A stretch of 20,235 bases of DNA. Origin: an uncultured virus (IMG/VR IMGVR_UViG_3300037296_000406) (taxonomy: Duplodnaviria; Heunggongvirae; Uroviricota; Caudoviricetes). The notes under the pieces are model-generated. The model saw only the letters and a program-made list of their open reading frames with translations, made no database searches and was not told the DNA's origin. The position numbers and the translations under genes are program-made. Below are positions 1 to 9,266 of the stretch, one piece after another. The stretch lies in IMG/VR virus record IMGVR_UViG_3300037296_000406; one strand, written 5' to 3'. Each line of letters opens with the position of its first letter. Positions within the stretch are counted from its first letter, which is position 1.

Positions 1-2
1 CA

Positions 3-317
3 GGTGCAACGCCTAAAGATGGACCTAGTGCAGGAATAACCCTCGTATCATCATTATATTCTTTAGTTACAAACAAGAAAGTAAAATCCTCTATTGCTAT
101 GACTGGAGAGATTTCATTAAGAGGAGAAATATTACCTGTTGGAGGAATTAAAGAAAAAATATTAGGTGCTTATAAAAGAGGAATTAAAACTGTTCTAATT
201 CCAAAAAGCAACGCAATTGATTTAGAAGAAATTCCAGAAGAAGTACTTAATGATAAAACTTTTAATATAAATTTGGTATCGCATTATAAAGATGTCTTAA
301 GTATTTTATTCAAATAA
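3..317 (+). CDS. lon: Lon (S16) ATP-dependent protease, C-terminal proteolytic domain; 5'-truncated by the window edge
   Basis: The frame is open from position 3 and reads GATPKDGPSAGITL...AMTGEISLRGEILPVGGIKEK, giving the catalytic Ser (PKDGPSAG) and Lys (GGIKEK) dyad. ORF 99..317 is only the tail of this frame. Confidence 0.95.
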   Translation, partial: GATPKDGPSAGITLVSSLYSLVTNKKVKSSIAMTGEISLRGEILPVGGIKEKILGAYKRGIKTVLIPKSNAIDLEEIPEEVLNDKTFNINLVSHYKDVLSILFK

Positions 318-1487
318 AATTAATCCCTCTAAAAGAATTCCACCAGAATTTTTGAGGGATATTTCATTACACATTTTTGTATTTTCTTCAATTTTAATTA
401 TCTTATAATAAAAAATTTCTTTTTCATATTCTATATCCCAATAAGATATTACTGAATCCTTTACTAATCTATTTTTATTAGTACGAATCCTTTTAAAAGA
501 TTCATAAGTTTTATTAGTTGATTTTACTTTTTTATTTGCTAAATTAGGAACTTTAACATTAAAATTTCTTTTTAATTTAGATAGGTCAATATCTTCATTA
601 AAATTTATTCCTAAAGCACTTAATTCTGATAACGGAAGTTCTCTTGATGCGCCTATTATATTTAGGTAATTAATCGTAGAACCATTTCCTGATTTTGTTA
701 TTTTTTTTGAAATAATAAATCCTAAATTTTTTAGGATGGAACTTAAATAATTAATAAACAACCCAGAGGCTCTTGAAAAAACTACTTTAGATTTTTCCTG
801 ATAAGACTTGAAGCTTAATCCAGCTACGTAAGCTAATTGCTCATCTACGGAAGCTTGCTGAATTATCGGTGCAATTTTCTTAAACTTATTTTTCAATCCA
901 AATTGTTGTTTTAAAAAATTAACAACATTAGCTGAATATATTACTATATAATCTTTATTATGCTTCTTAATCAAGTCAGGAGTTAAGTCAAATACTTCTT
1001 TTGTTAACTTAACTAAATCTTTCTGTAGTTGAGTGTTTTTAGCAACTTCAATAAATATTGTATTTTTAGTATTGTTAATGTGTCCTCTTGATGAATATAT
1101 ACCAAACCAATAAGCTAATTTTAAATCCATTTTAGATGGAATTCTAATTGGAATGTATCTAGTTCTGAACTCATCTTTCCATCCAATTTCTTTATTGGCT
1201 ATTGGAGAGAAAAAACTATTAAGCTTAAACCCTATATGTTGACCAGTTTCTATACGTTCAACTAAAGATATTCCATCTAGAGTTATAACACTATTTTTAT
1301 TAGCTAAAAAAAACACTTCTCCATTTTCTAATGTAATATTTTTACCAGAAACCTCAGAACTTCCTAAATCTTTAATAATCTGAATCTTATTTTCATAAGT
1401 TTTCAAGATAAGATTTGAATAAAGCTGAGAAGCTCTAAACATTCCTTTGGCAGTAAAAATATTATTTTTATTATCTAAATAAATCAT
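306..1487 (-). CDS. Free-standing intein-like protein (Hint N-term + two degenerate LAGLIDADG motifs + Hint C-term), predicted splicing- and cleavage-dead
   Basis: Block A-like YLDNKNNIFTAKG, block B-like ITLENGEVFFLANKNSVITLDG, LAGLIDADG-like LAYWFGIYSSRG and LAYVAGLSFKS, block F/G-like IIKIEENTKMCNEISLKNSGGILLEGLILFE. The ATG at 1487 lies 2 nt after the upstream stop and is preferred over 1508. Confidence 0.7.
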   Translation of the reverse strand: MIYLDNKNNIFTAKGMFRASQLYSNLILKTYENKIQIIKDLGSSEVSGKNITLENGEVFFLANKNSVITLDGISLVERIETGQHIGFKLNSFFSPIANKEIGWKDEFRTRYIPIRIPSKMDLKLAYWFGIYSSRGHINNTKNTIFIEVAKNTQLQKDLVKLTKEVFDLTPDLIKKHNKDYIVIYSANVVNFLKQQFGLKNKFKKIAPIIQQASVDEQLAYVAGLSFKSYQEKSKVVFSRASGLFINYLSSILKNLGFIISKKITKSGNGSTINYLNIIGASRELPLSELSALGINFNEDIDLSKLKRNFNVKVPNLANKKVKSTNKTYESFKRIRTNKNRLVKDSVISYWDIEYEKEIFYYKIIKIEENTKMCNEISLKNSGGILLEGLILFE

Positions 1488-1489
1488 TT

Positions 1490-3949
1490 TTAATTTGTAA
1501 GAAACCAAGCCTGATAATCTAATAATATCTCATCAAAAATTGAAGACTTATCATCTATCTTTAAGCTTAATTCTTTAATTAACTCCTCTCTATTAACATC
1601 TTTTTGTCCAAGAACTTCATCAAAGTAATTTTCTAACACAATTGGAACTGACGCAAAATTTTCTTTTTTCTCTTTAATATAAAAATCAAAAAAATCTAAA
1701 TCTTTATCCCAAATAATAAACTTCAATTGATTCTCACATGAATCAAAATTCTCCATATATCTAGATAAGGTAGATTCAAATTCTCTTTGATTATTTACCA
1801 AAGGGTCGTTGTTCCAATCTTTTGTATCTTTAATTCCTAACTTACGCTTACTTACGTAAGAAAAATTAGTTTCTATTTGCTTATCAATAAAATACTTATG
1901 CTTTTCTTTTCCATGAAGAACTGTTAAAAGTAAGACTCTATAGACCTCATTTTTTTCATTTCTTAAGCAATGTATTAATATATTTGGGCTATCTTCAGCA
2001 TTTATTTTGAAATTAATTGGAATAGTTGGTCTTTTTAATTTTTTAGTATTAATTATATCTTTAGAGCCTCTTCCAAAAATATCTCCCATGTGATGGTCAA
2101 CATCATCTTGCACTCTAGATTCTTCTTTTGTATTTTCTTGAAGTTCGATACTTTCTTTCAAAATATCATCTATAATAGAATTAGATGAAGACGATTTTAT
2201 ATCTTCTATATTGTTTATATTGTTGTTGATAATTGAATCGATTCCTTCTTGTTCGATAAAGTCATCAGAAAAATCGCTTTCATCAAGACTAGAATCATCT
2301 AAGTAAGAATCCTCTTTTTGAGCTTTCTGTTTTAAATTTCTTTTTTCAGTAATCAAGTTAGGAGCTAATTCTACTTCAACAGAACTTTCTGGTATCACAG
2401 ATTCTAAAGACTCATTCGATTGGACGCTTGTTGTTAAAGACTCTTCTAATTCAACGGCAATTTCTTCATCAACCTCGACAACTTCCTTTACATCTTCTGT
2501 AACTTTAAGTTCTTTGTAATGCTTCTTTTGATATTCCCCAGATTCTTTTTCATCACTAGCTAATTGACTTTGCTTAAATTCTCTATATTTATTCTCTTTT
2601 TGAGCGTTGTCAACTTGTTCCGCAAGTAAACACAAATCTTCATAATCGACTAATTCAATTTCGTTTTCATTAGCGTATTTATACATTGTTTGACCGACAG
2701 TTTCAGCACTAGTATATAATATTCCGTTGTCGCAATTTAATCTACCAATACCTTGAATTAGCTTTATAACGTGTTTATTACTAATTCTCTTTTGATTTTT
2801 AACCATTACTGCTGTACGGTCTCCGTTAGTCCACTTTACAATATGAGATATATTGTCAGGGTCTAATGAAGAGTTTAATTCTTCAACTTCACAGTGCATA
2901 GCTTCATGCAACAAAGAAATAACAACTTCAGAATTTAAAGACTTGAATCTCTTAGTCAATTCTTTTAACGGTTTATGCTTGTACTGCTCTTTTTGTGACC
3001 TACCTGCTAAAACATCTTCTATCATTGTTGGAGTCAATCTTGCACTTATTGCATCACAAGGTTTTACATATTTATCTAGTAATTTTTCAGTTAAATTATT
3101 ATCAATAAAAGGAAATTGAACTTCTCCGTAGTCAGTAAAACATCTACCTTGTTGATCTGTTCTTAAATTTGCAGGACTATCATTCCCTAATACATAATTT
3201 GCTTCACCTCTAGAAACTTTAAATATTTGTTTTTGAGTAAAGTTTGGAACGACTTCTTTTGGAACATCTGATGATGTTGATTTTTGTGTACAAGCTAAAA
3301 ACCAAATTCCAATCGAACGACCAATTCTCATCAAAGTGTGAAACTTATTTGCCGTAGAACCTTCATTTTTAAATTCTTTATCGAAATTCATAATAGCAAA
3401 AGGCAATGCATGAAACTCTTCCATTAAAATAACGCACCGAGTCATTTTCTTTCCAGTCTTTTTTTCAAAATCTTTAATACCGTTAACACCAGTCTCAGTA
3501 AAGAGTTCTTGTCTCGCCATTGCTTCATCATAGATTAAATCCATAACTCTATGGACCTTTTCTGGAGAACCTATTATCTCATAAACTTGGTCTAAACCAA
3601 AGAACATATTATAATCTTGGGCACCCTTAACCGTATCAAGGACAAATAAAAGAGTTTTATCACTATTAGCTAACATCCAAGTAAGTACGCTAAAACGAGC
3701 TGCGATAGACTTCCCTGAACCCATAGAACCAACGTATAAAGCGTTAGGTTCTTCGGTAAAATCTTTCATTAACCAAGTCCCACCGCCTTGTTCACAGATA
3801 CCTAAGTTAAACTTATCTCTAAATTTATTATTCTTTAGATCTCGCTCGTACTTACCGAAGGTAAATTCATTCCTTTCCATTTTTGGTAAAAATATACTAT
3901 CTAAAATATTCATATTTTTAAGTTTCCTATTTATCGGGAATGACAGCAT
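1490..3949 (-). CDS. FtsK/SpoIIIE-family ATPase fused to an Mrr-like restriction-endonuclease fold, an acidic linker and a possible degenerate DnaQ-like exonuclease fold
   Basis: Walker A GSMGSGKS (3707-3730), Walker B CVILMEEFH, FtsK-type RIGRSIGIWFLACTQK motif. Mrr_cat-like segment at about 2620-2935 (TAVMVKNQK...NGILYTS...NEIELVDYEDL). D/E/S-rich region at about 2090-2560. No transmembrane segment seen. Confidence 0.8.
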   Translation of the reverse strand: MLSFPINRKLKNMNILDSIFLPKMERNEFTFGKYERDLKNNKFRDKFNLGICEQGGGTWLMKDFTEEPNALYVGSMGSGKSIAARFSVLTWMLANSDKTLLFVLDTVKGAQDYNMFFGLDQVYEIIGSPEKVHRVMDLIYDEAMARQELFTETGVNGIKDFEKKTGKKMTRCVILMEEFHALPFAIMNFDKEFKNEGSTANKFHTLMRIGRSIGIWFLACTQKSTSSDVPKEVVPNFTQKQIFKVSRGEANYVLGNDSPANLRTDQQGRCFTDYGEVQFPFIDNNLTEKLLDKYVKPCDAISARLTPTMIEDVLAGRSQKEQYKHKPLKELTKRFKSLNSEVVISLLHEAMHCEVEELNSSLDPDNISHIVKWTNGDRTAVMVKNQKRISNKHVIKLIQGIGRLNCDNGILYTSAETVGQTMYKYANENEIELVDYEDLCLLAEQVDNAQKENKYREFKQSQLASDEKESGEYQKKHYKELKVTEDVKEVVEVDEEIAVELEESLTTSVQSNESLESVIPESSVEVELAPNLITEKRNLKQKAQKEDSYLDDSSLDESDFSDDFIEQEGIDSIINNNINNIEDIKSSSSNSIIDDILKESIELQENTKEESRVQDDVDHHMGDIFGRGSKDIINTKKLKRPTIPINFKINAEDSPNILIHCLRNEKNEVYRVLLLTVLHGKEKHKYFIDKQIETNFSYVSKRKLGIKDTKDWNNDPLVNNQREFESTLSRYMENFDSCENQLKFIIWDKDLDFFDFYIKEKKENFASVPIVLENYFDEVLGQKDVNREELIKELSLKIDDKSSIFDEILLDYQAWFLTN

Positions 3950-3977
3950 GATCTTTTTGTCATTCTCCTTAGTGTTC

Positions 3978-3985
3978 TAAATGGA
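3978..3985 (-). promoter_or_regulatory. TCCATTTA putative promoter element for the FtsK-like operon
   Basis: Exact motif 28 nt upstream of ATG 3949; AAGGAG follows 7 nt downstream of the motif. Confidence 0.65.
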
Positions 3986-4059
3986 TAATTTGACACTTTA
4001 ATCGTCTTTTTGTATTAGCCTTATTTGTCAAAGTAACAGCTTTATAATTCTTTATTTTT

Positions 4060-4067
4060 TCCATTTA
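4060..4067 (+). promoter_or_regulatory. TCCATTTA putative promoter element for the 4093/uvrD operon
   Basis: Exact motif 25 nt upstream of ATG 4093, divergent from the copy at 3978-3985. Confidence 0.65.
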
Positions 4068-4092
4068 GTATCAAATAATCAAAAGGGTAATA

Positions 4093-4626
4093 ATGCAAAT
4101 AAGTCTCTTAAGTCAAGAAGAAAGAAATAATATTAAACTAACTCTGGAAAAATACGGTTTTAAAGTAAATGATCTACATCATAAAATACTATTTACAAAA
4201 GACTTTAGAAATTTCTATCTTAATAGTCTTGATAGAAAAGATCCCTACTTTTTAACTACTGACATTAATCTAGAGAAGTTTCTTAAAAAAAATTACTTCA
4301 TAAAAACAAAGCATACTAAATCTTATCAAGATAAAAAATTTAATGAAAAAATGGATTTAGATGAAGCTCTGGAATTCTTAAACTGGAAATTTGTTGATGC
4401 TTATGGGATAAAAGAATTCGATACAAACCCTACTATAGAGGAACCTTTAGCCGATGCGTTGTTTCAGATTAAAATAAAAGATAGTCCACATATAATTTTA
4501 GATGATTCAGTATATGAGGGAGAAGCAACTGCGATAATATCTTTAGTGAAACCTCTATCAACAGAAGCCCTTAAATCTCTTAGTTGTGATGATATACTTA
4601 ATGAATTAAAAATAAAGGACATATAA
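4093..4626 (+). CDS. Hypothetical protein, probably co-transcribed with the helicase
   Basis: 177-aa ORF with upstream AAGGG and the TCCATTTA motif; its stop is 1 nt before the uvrD ATG. No recognisable motif. Confidence 0.8.
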   Translation: MQISLLSQEERNNIKLTLEKYGFKVNDLHHKILFTKDFRNFYLNSLDRKDPYFLTTDINLEKFLKKNYFIKTKHTKSYQDKKFNEKMDLDEALEFLNWKFVDAYGIKEFDTNPTIEEPLADALFQIKIKDSPHIILDDSVYEGEATAIISLVKPLSTEALKSLSCDDILNELKIKDI

Positions 4627-4627
4627 A

Positions 4628-6568
4628 ATGAATCTTGACTCACTCAATAAAGAACAAAGAGAAGTTGTTGAAACGACTGAAGGACCTATGATGGTTCTTG
4701 CTGGTGCAGGCTCAGGAAAAACAAGAGCCTTAACTCACAAGGTCTCTTACTTAATTGAAGAAAAAGGTATTGCTCCTTGGGAAATTCTAGCAATAACTTT
4801 TACAAATAAAGCTGCTAATGAAATGAAAGAAAGAATAGTTGACTTAACTAATTTGGATGGTTCTCATTTTAATATTTTTACTTTTCATTCATTTTGCTCA
4901 AGATTTCTAAGGCAAGAAATCGAACATTTAGGAAGGACTAGAACTTTCAGTATATATGATGATTCCGAATCTATTGCTGTGATTAAAAGTATAATTAAAG
5001 CTAAGAAGTTAAATCCTGAGGAGTTTATCCCTAGTAATATTCACCACTACATAAAGAGACTAAAAGACTATTGTCATTATATTGGGCAGAAGGAAGAAGA
5101 TGTTGATATTGAATTAGATATTAAACATGATTTTTATGAAGTTTATAAAGATTACGAAAAAGAGTTACAAAAATCTAATGCAGTAGATTTTGGTGGATTA
5201 ATAACTTCTGTTGTTGATATTTTAGAGAGCAATCCTTCTGTACTAGAAAAGTATCAAGATAAGTATAAATATATTCTTGTAGATGAATTTCAAGATACAA
5301 ATAAATCTCAATTGGTATTAACTAAAATGTTAGCCCTTAAAAACAAAAACATTACAGTTATTGGAGATGATTTTCAATCAATTTATAGATTTAGAAATGC
5401 GGATATAAAAAACTTTTTAGATTTTGATAAAGTTTTTCCTGAAGTTAAATTCATAAAATTAGAAGAAAATTATCGGTCAACTAAAACTATAGTAAAAGCG
5501 GCTAATGCAATAATATCCAATAATAAGTTCCAAAAAGAAAAAATTTTATTTAGTAATAAAGAAGAAGGTCAAAAAATAAAATTAATATCATGTTACAATC
5601 AACAAGCTGAAGCTGAAATTGTTGGGAATGCTGTTTATCGATTAGCTAATACGCCAAACATTAAGCCTAATGAAGTTTGCATATTATTTAGAAATAATGC
5701 TCAATCTCGAACAATAGAAGAAAAACTTCGGTCAATGAATGTTCCTTATATCCTTACTGGAGGAATGAAATTCTACGAAAGAAAAGAAATTAAAGATGCA
5801 ATTTGTTTACTCAGATTAGTCCTCAACCATAATGATTCTTGTTCTATATTAAGAATGATAAATAATCCTGCTAGAGGAATAGGAAAGAAGACACTAGAAT
5901 CTTTAAGTGAATATTGTTTAAATAATAATTTATCTTTATTTGATGCTTTGAAAAAAATACCTAAAGAAATTAAAGTATCAAAAAAAGCTCAAGAAGGTAT
6001 TTCTAAGTTTGTGGATGCCGTTGTAGAGGCGACTAAAGAATATAATGATTCAAAAAAAATCACAAAAACATATCAAATATTAATGAAAAAAACAGAATAT
6101 GTTTCAACTTTAGAAAAAAGTACAAAACACGAGGACCAAGCCCGCGTAGATAATTTAAAAGAGTTTTTTGGTTCGCTAATAGAAGCAGATTCAAAAGAAA
6201 GAGACATGGTTGACTTCTTAGAAAGTATTAGCTTAACGATTAATTTAGATGAAGGGGATATTGACAGAGCTGATTGCATTAATTTAATGACAGTTCACTC
6301 ATCAAAAGGTTTAGAATTTGAGTATGTTTATATTCTAGGTCTAGAAGAAAACCTATTTCCTTCAAAAAGGTCATTAGAAGAATTTGATGACATGTATGGT
6401 CTCGAAGAAGAAAGACGATTATTTTATGTTGCGGTTACAAGATGCAAAAAACATTTAGCTATTACTGCATGTAAGACAAGATTTTTATATGGTCAAAAGC
6501 TTATCAATAGAGCTAGTAGATTTCTTAAAGAAATTCCTGAAGATTTATATGAAGTCATTTATAATTAA
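4628..6568 (+). CDS. uvrD: SF1A DNA helicase UvrD/PcrA/Rep
   Basis: Motifs AGAGSGKT, ITFTNKAANEM, LVDEFQD, IGDDFQSIYRFR, LEENYRS, MTVHSSKGLEF, EERRLFYVAVTR; SD AAGGA. At 646 aa it lacks the C-terminal extension typical of PcrA/UvrD. Confidence 0.93.
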   Translation: MNLDSLNKEQREVVETTEGPMMVLAGAGSGKTRALTHKVSYLIEEKGIAPWEILAITFTNKAANEMKERIVDLTNLDGSHFNIFTFHSFCSRFLRQEIEHLGRTRTFSIYDDSESIAVIKSIIKAKKLNPEEFIPSNIHHYIKRLKDYCHYIGQKEEDVDIELDIKHDFYEVYKDYEKELQKSNAVDFGGLITSVVDILESNPSVLEKYQDKYKYILVDEFQDTNKSQLVLTKMLALKNKNITVIGDDFQSIYRFRNADIKNFLDFDKVFPEVKFIKLEENYRSTKTIVKAANAIISNNKFQKEKILFSNKEEGQKIKLISCYNQQAEAEIVGNAVYRLANTPNIKPNEVCILFRNNAQSRTIEEKLRSMNVPYILTGGMKFYERKEIKDAICLLRLVLNHNDSCSILRMINNPARGIGKKTLESLSEYCLNNNLSLFDALKKIPKEIKVSKKAQEGISKFVDAVVEATKEYNDSKKITKTYQILMKKTEYVSTLEKSTKHEDQARVDNLKEFFGSLIEADSKERDMVDFLESISLTINLDEGDIDRADCINLMTVHSSKGLEFEYVYILGLEENLFPSKRSLEEFDDMYGLEEERRLFYVAVTRCKKHLAITACKTRFLYGQKLINRASRFLKEIPEDLYEVIYN

Positions 6569-6570
6569 TA

Positions 6571-7017
6571 TTATCTTTTTAATTTTGCTTTGATATCAAA
6601 TATTTCTTTTTCAGACAAAGAATCTTCTTCTAAAGGACATGGGAATAAATCATATTTCATTTGATGTTCAAAATCCAGTTTAAAAGACTTTGTACCCATC
6701 CACTGATTCGTCTTTGTGTTCACAAAAATTATTCTCTGAACCTTTAAACTGTGGTCACCGATTTCTTGTATTTTTAAAATTTCTGTTTCATATTTATTCC
6801 AGTATTGTTCACCATCTTTTTTAAATTTTAAACATTCTCCTTTTTTTACTAAGGATACGTTTAAGGGAACAACTTTCTCTTGAGAAATAACATTATTAGA
6901 TGTTCCATAAAAGTTTTTTTGGCTTTGTGGATTTAAAAAATCTTTCATAGATTCCGCATTTGATGGATTGATTACTAAACAAGTCATCATTAAAATTATT
7001 TTAAAAAAAATATTCAT
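6571..7017 (-). CDS. Hypothetical exported protein
   Basis: Signal-peptide-like N-terminus MNIFFKIILMMTCLVINPSNA; ATGA overlap with the upstream stop indicates translational coupling. Confidence 0.75.
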   Translation of the reverse strand: MNIFFKIILMMTCLVINPSNAESMKDFLNPQSQKNFYGTSNNVISQEKVVPLNVSLVKKGECLKFKKDGEQYWNKYETEILKIQEIGDHSLKVQRIIFVNTKTNQWMGTKSFKLDFEHQMKYDLFPCPLEEDSLSEKEIFDIKAKLKR

Positions 7018-7550
7018 ATTAGTTCCTTTACTATTTTTATAACAGAGTCTAACCTTTCTTGAGGATTACCTTTTATTGTATGAAAATTTATTCCCGATTT
7101 TGATAAATACAACTTCATTTCATTATCTATTTTCAAAGATTCTTCTTGAGAATGAGATCTACCCTCAATTTCGAAAGTATCAGTTGATTCTAACCAGAAG
7201 TGGACTTCATTGTTTGTTAAATGTCTTTTAACCACATCCAAAGCATAAGACCAATCTTCATCTAAATTTGGGTCTCTATGGTAATAAGCTGTGAGGAGTA
7301 ATGGAGAATCGGTAATCAGCATTTCAACTTGATTTTCAAGTATTTTTTCTCTCCTAAATTGCTCACCTAATATAATTATTCTATCTGATTCAGATAATCT
7401 AGTCATATCCATACCTTGATAAACTAATTCTTTTGCATATTCTTGTACAAATGCAATATGATGACTTTGTCCCTTTAAATGTCCAAAAACTTGTCCTGCA
7501 AGAGTACTTTTTCCTGAAGAAGGTGCGCCGTATAAATTTATTTTTAACAT
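7014..7550 (-). CDS. AAA_28 / NadR-Ttd14-like P-loop NTPase (nucleotide-kinase fold)
   Basis: INLYGAPSSGKST Walker A, QEYAKELV, ITDSPLL, GRSHSQEES. Start re-assigned to ATG 7550, 6 nt after TCCATTTA. Confidence 0.8.
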   Translation of the reverse strand: MLKINLYGAPSSGKSTLAGQVFGHLKGQSHHIAFVQEYAKELVYQGMDMTRLSESDRIIILGEQFRREKILENQVEMLITDSPLLLTAYYHRDPNLDEDWSYALDVVKRHLTNNEVHFWLESTDTFEIEGRSHSQEESLKIDNEMKLYLSKSGINFHTIKGNPQERLDSVIKIVKELI

Positions 7551-7556
7551 GGATAC

Positions 7557-7564
7557 TAAATGGA
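7557..7564 (-). promoter_or_regulatory. TCCATTTA element, leaderless configuration
   Basis: TCCATTTA-gtatcc-ATG(7550); no SD. Confidence 0.75.
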
Positions 7565-7582
7565 TTTTTTTCAATCAGTGTT

Positions 7583-8359
7583 CTACTTTAATAGAAAGAA
7601 TCTCCAAATATAATGATAAAAATATTTTGTTCTTAAATAGCTTATTCTCTGGCTTAAGCTTGGGTGTGTAGAGAATATAGAACTCTTGGGATCAAAGCTT
7701 CCTAGGACGTATTGCAGAGCAATTAAAGCCTTTATAACTTTAGTTACATCTCCCACGATTCTAACAGCATTTGAATCGGCATTATATTCTTGTTTTCTTG
7801 AAAAGAAAGCCTTAAAATACTTATCAATTGTCGTTTTATATATTACAAGTAATAACATCATAATACTGAAAATCTTTATTTGATAGAATTCGTTTAGCCC
7901 AAAATAGATATAGTACATTATTGGAACTACAACGATAGATAAAAAGCAACATATGAATTTAATCAAATTTAAGTACTTATTTTTTCTTAATGTAAATTTA
8001 AAATCTAAAACATGACCAACTTCATGTGCTATATAGATTAATAACTCTTCTTCACTAAAATCATTAATAAAATTCACACCTATAACAATTCTGATTTCAT
8101 GTATATCTTTTCCTGTATGATTTACAGCAACTTCCATATTAGAATAATCTTCACTCACGGCAATTACATATTCTGCTAATTTATATTTTTTATTTATTTT
8201 TTCAAGTTGTGAATACAAACTCCCTACACTTAATTCATTATCATCAGTAATTAAAAAAACATTTTTTGTAGAGTAGTATTTCCCATCTATTAAAATTTTA
8301 CCGTTATAAATATTTAGTACTTCAAATTCATATAGACTATTTTCTATCTTAACTATCAT
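7583..8359 (-). CDS. M48 (HtpX/Ste24-like) membrane zinc metallopeptidase
   Basis: IAHEVGH zinc motif, two hydrophobic helices, SRKQEYNAD third ligand, FSTHPSLSQRI motif. Confidence 0.88.
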   Translation of the reverse strand: MIVKIENSLYEFEVLNIYNGKILIDGKYYSTKNVFLITDDNELSVGSLYSQLEKINKKYKLAEYVIAVSEDYSNMEVAVNHTGKDIHEIRIVIGVNFINDFSEEELLIYIAHEVGHVLDFKFTLRKNKYLNLIKFICCFLSIVVVPIMYYIYFGLNEFYQIKIFSIMMLLLVIYKTTIDKYFKAFFSRKQEYNADSNAVRIVGDVTKVIKALIALQYVLGSFDPKSSIFSTHPSLSQRISYLRTKYFYHYIWRFFLLK

Positions 8360-8365
8360 GAAAAA

Positions 8366-8373
8366 TAAATGGA
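8366..8373 (-). promoter_or_regulatory. TCCATTTA element, leaderless configuration
   Basis: TCCATTTA-tttttc-ATG(8359); no SD. Confidence 0.75.
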
Positions 8374-8387
8374 TTTTTTATATAAAA

Positions 8388-9188
8388 CTAAAGTCTATTT
8401 GTTACATCACAAATAAAGTAAGATCCAACAGTGTTTACCTGACTTCTATTATCTAAGCAGGCTGCATAAGACCCTTTAACTTTTTCACAAAAACCTTGTG
8501 CGAATTCTTCAGGGCTACCCATTAATTGAATAACCAAATCTGCATCGTCACCACCATGTTTGCTAATTGATTCGGCTAGTTTTTGAGTATTACTAGTAGG
8601 TGATTCTTCTATAAAAATTCTTATAATAGATTCAAGAACATTAATATTAAAATCGTCTAATTTACTTTTTATAAAAGTTGTTGCTTTTTTCATAGAAGAT
8701 AAAGATACTTCAGAAAAGTCCTCTTCAGTGATAAATTCTTCAAATATAAGTTTAGCATCAAAATCATTAATAAAATCAGAGTCTTCTTTTAATCTTTTAA
8801 AATTTTCTTGAGCTAATTCTTTGTTAGTAACGAAATCTATGGATAATATTTTTTTACTTAGTAGCTTAGAAACATCCTTTGTTCCGTTCATATAATTTTC
8901 GAGAATCTCTTCAGATGACATAAATTTTTTCAAAAAAGTAAAGTCAGAATCTATATTACTTATATCTAATAATCCTAATTCTATGAGTCTGTGAGTGCTA
9001 CTAACTTTTCTTACGTACCTGTGAGCATTTTTGTGAATCATCTTTATAAATAAATTAAATATTTCAGACTCAGTACCGACTGCATACTTAGACTCTTGAT
9101 AATAAAAAACATTTTTTGCGTCTTCTATTATATCTAAACTATCTACATCTAAGTACACTGATAATATATTTCGATTTTCTTCACTCAT
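8388..9188 (-). CDS. Hypothetical acidic protein
   Basis: 266-aa ORF with SD AGGAG 7 nt before the ATG and an upstream TCCATTTA. Confidence 0.85.
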   Translation of the reverse strand: MSEENRNILSVYLDVDSLDIIEDAKNVFYYQESKYAVGTESEIFNLFIKMIHKNAHRYVRKVSSTHRLIELGLLDISNIDSDFTFLKKFMSSEEILENYMNGTKDVSKLLSKKILSIDFVTNKELAQENFKRLKEDSDFINDFDAKLIFEEFITEEDFSEVSLSSMKKATTFIKSKLDDFNINVLESIIRIFIEESPTSNTQKLAESISKHGGDDADLVIQLMGSPEEFAQGFCEKVKGSYAACLDNRSQVNTVGSYFICDVTNRL

Positions 9189-9206
9189 TTAAAAACTCCT
9201 AAAAAT

Positions 9207-9214
9207 TAAATGGA
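9207..9214 (-). promoter_or_regulatory. TCCATTTA element followed by SD
   Basis: TCCATTTA-attttt-AGGAG-tttttaa-ATG(9188). Confidence 0.75.
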
Positions 9215-9266
9215 ATTAGTTTTAAATTAATAACAATTTCACCTTTATGATACATAAGTCAAAAAG

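Noticed and set aside
3989..4032. Inverted TTTGACA...TGTCAAA pair in the divergent promoter region
   Set aside because: Only 7 bp with a 30-nt spacer and no good -10 at proper spacing; it could be an operator but is not supportable.
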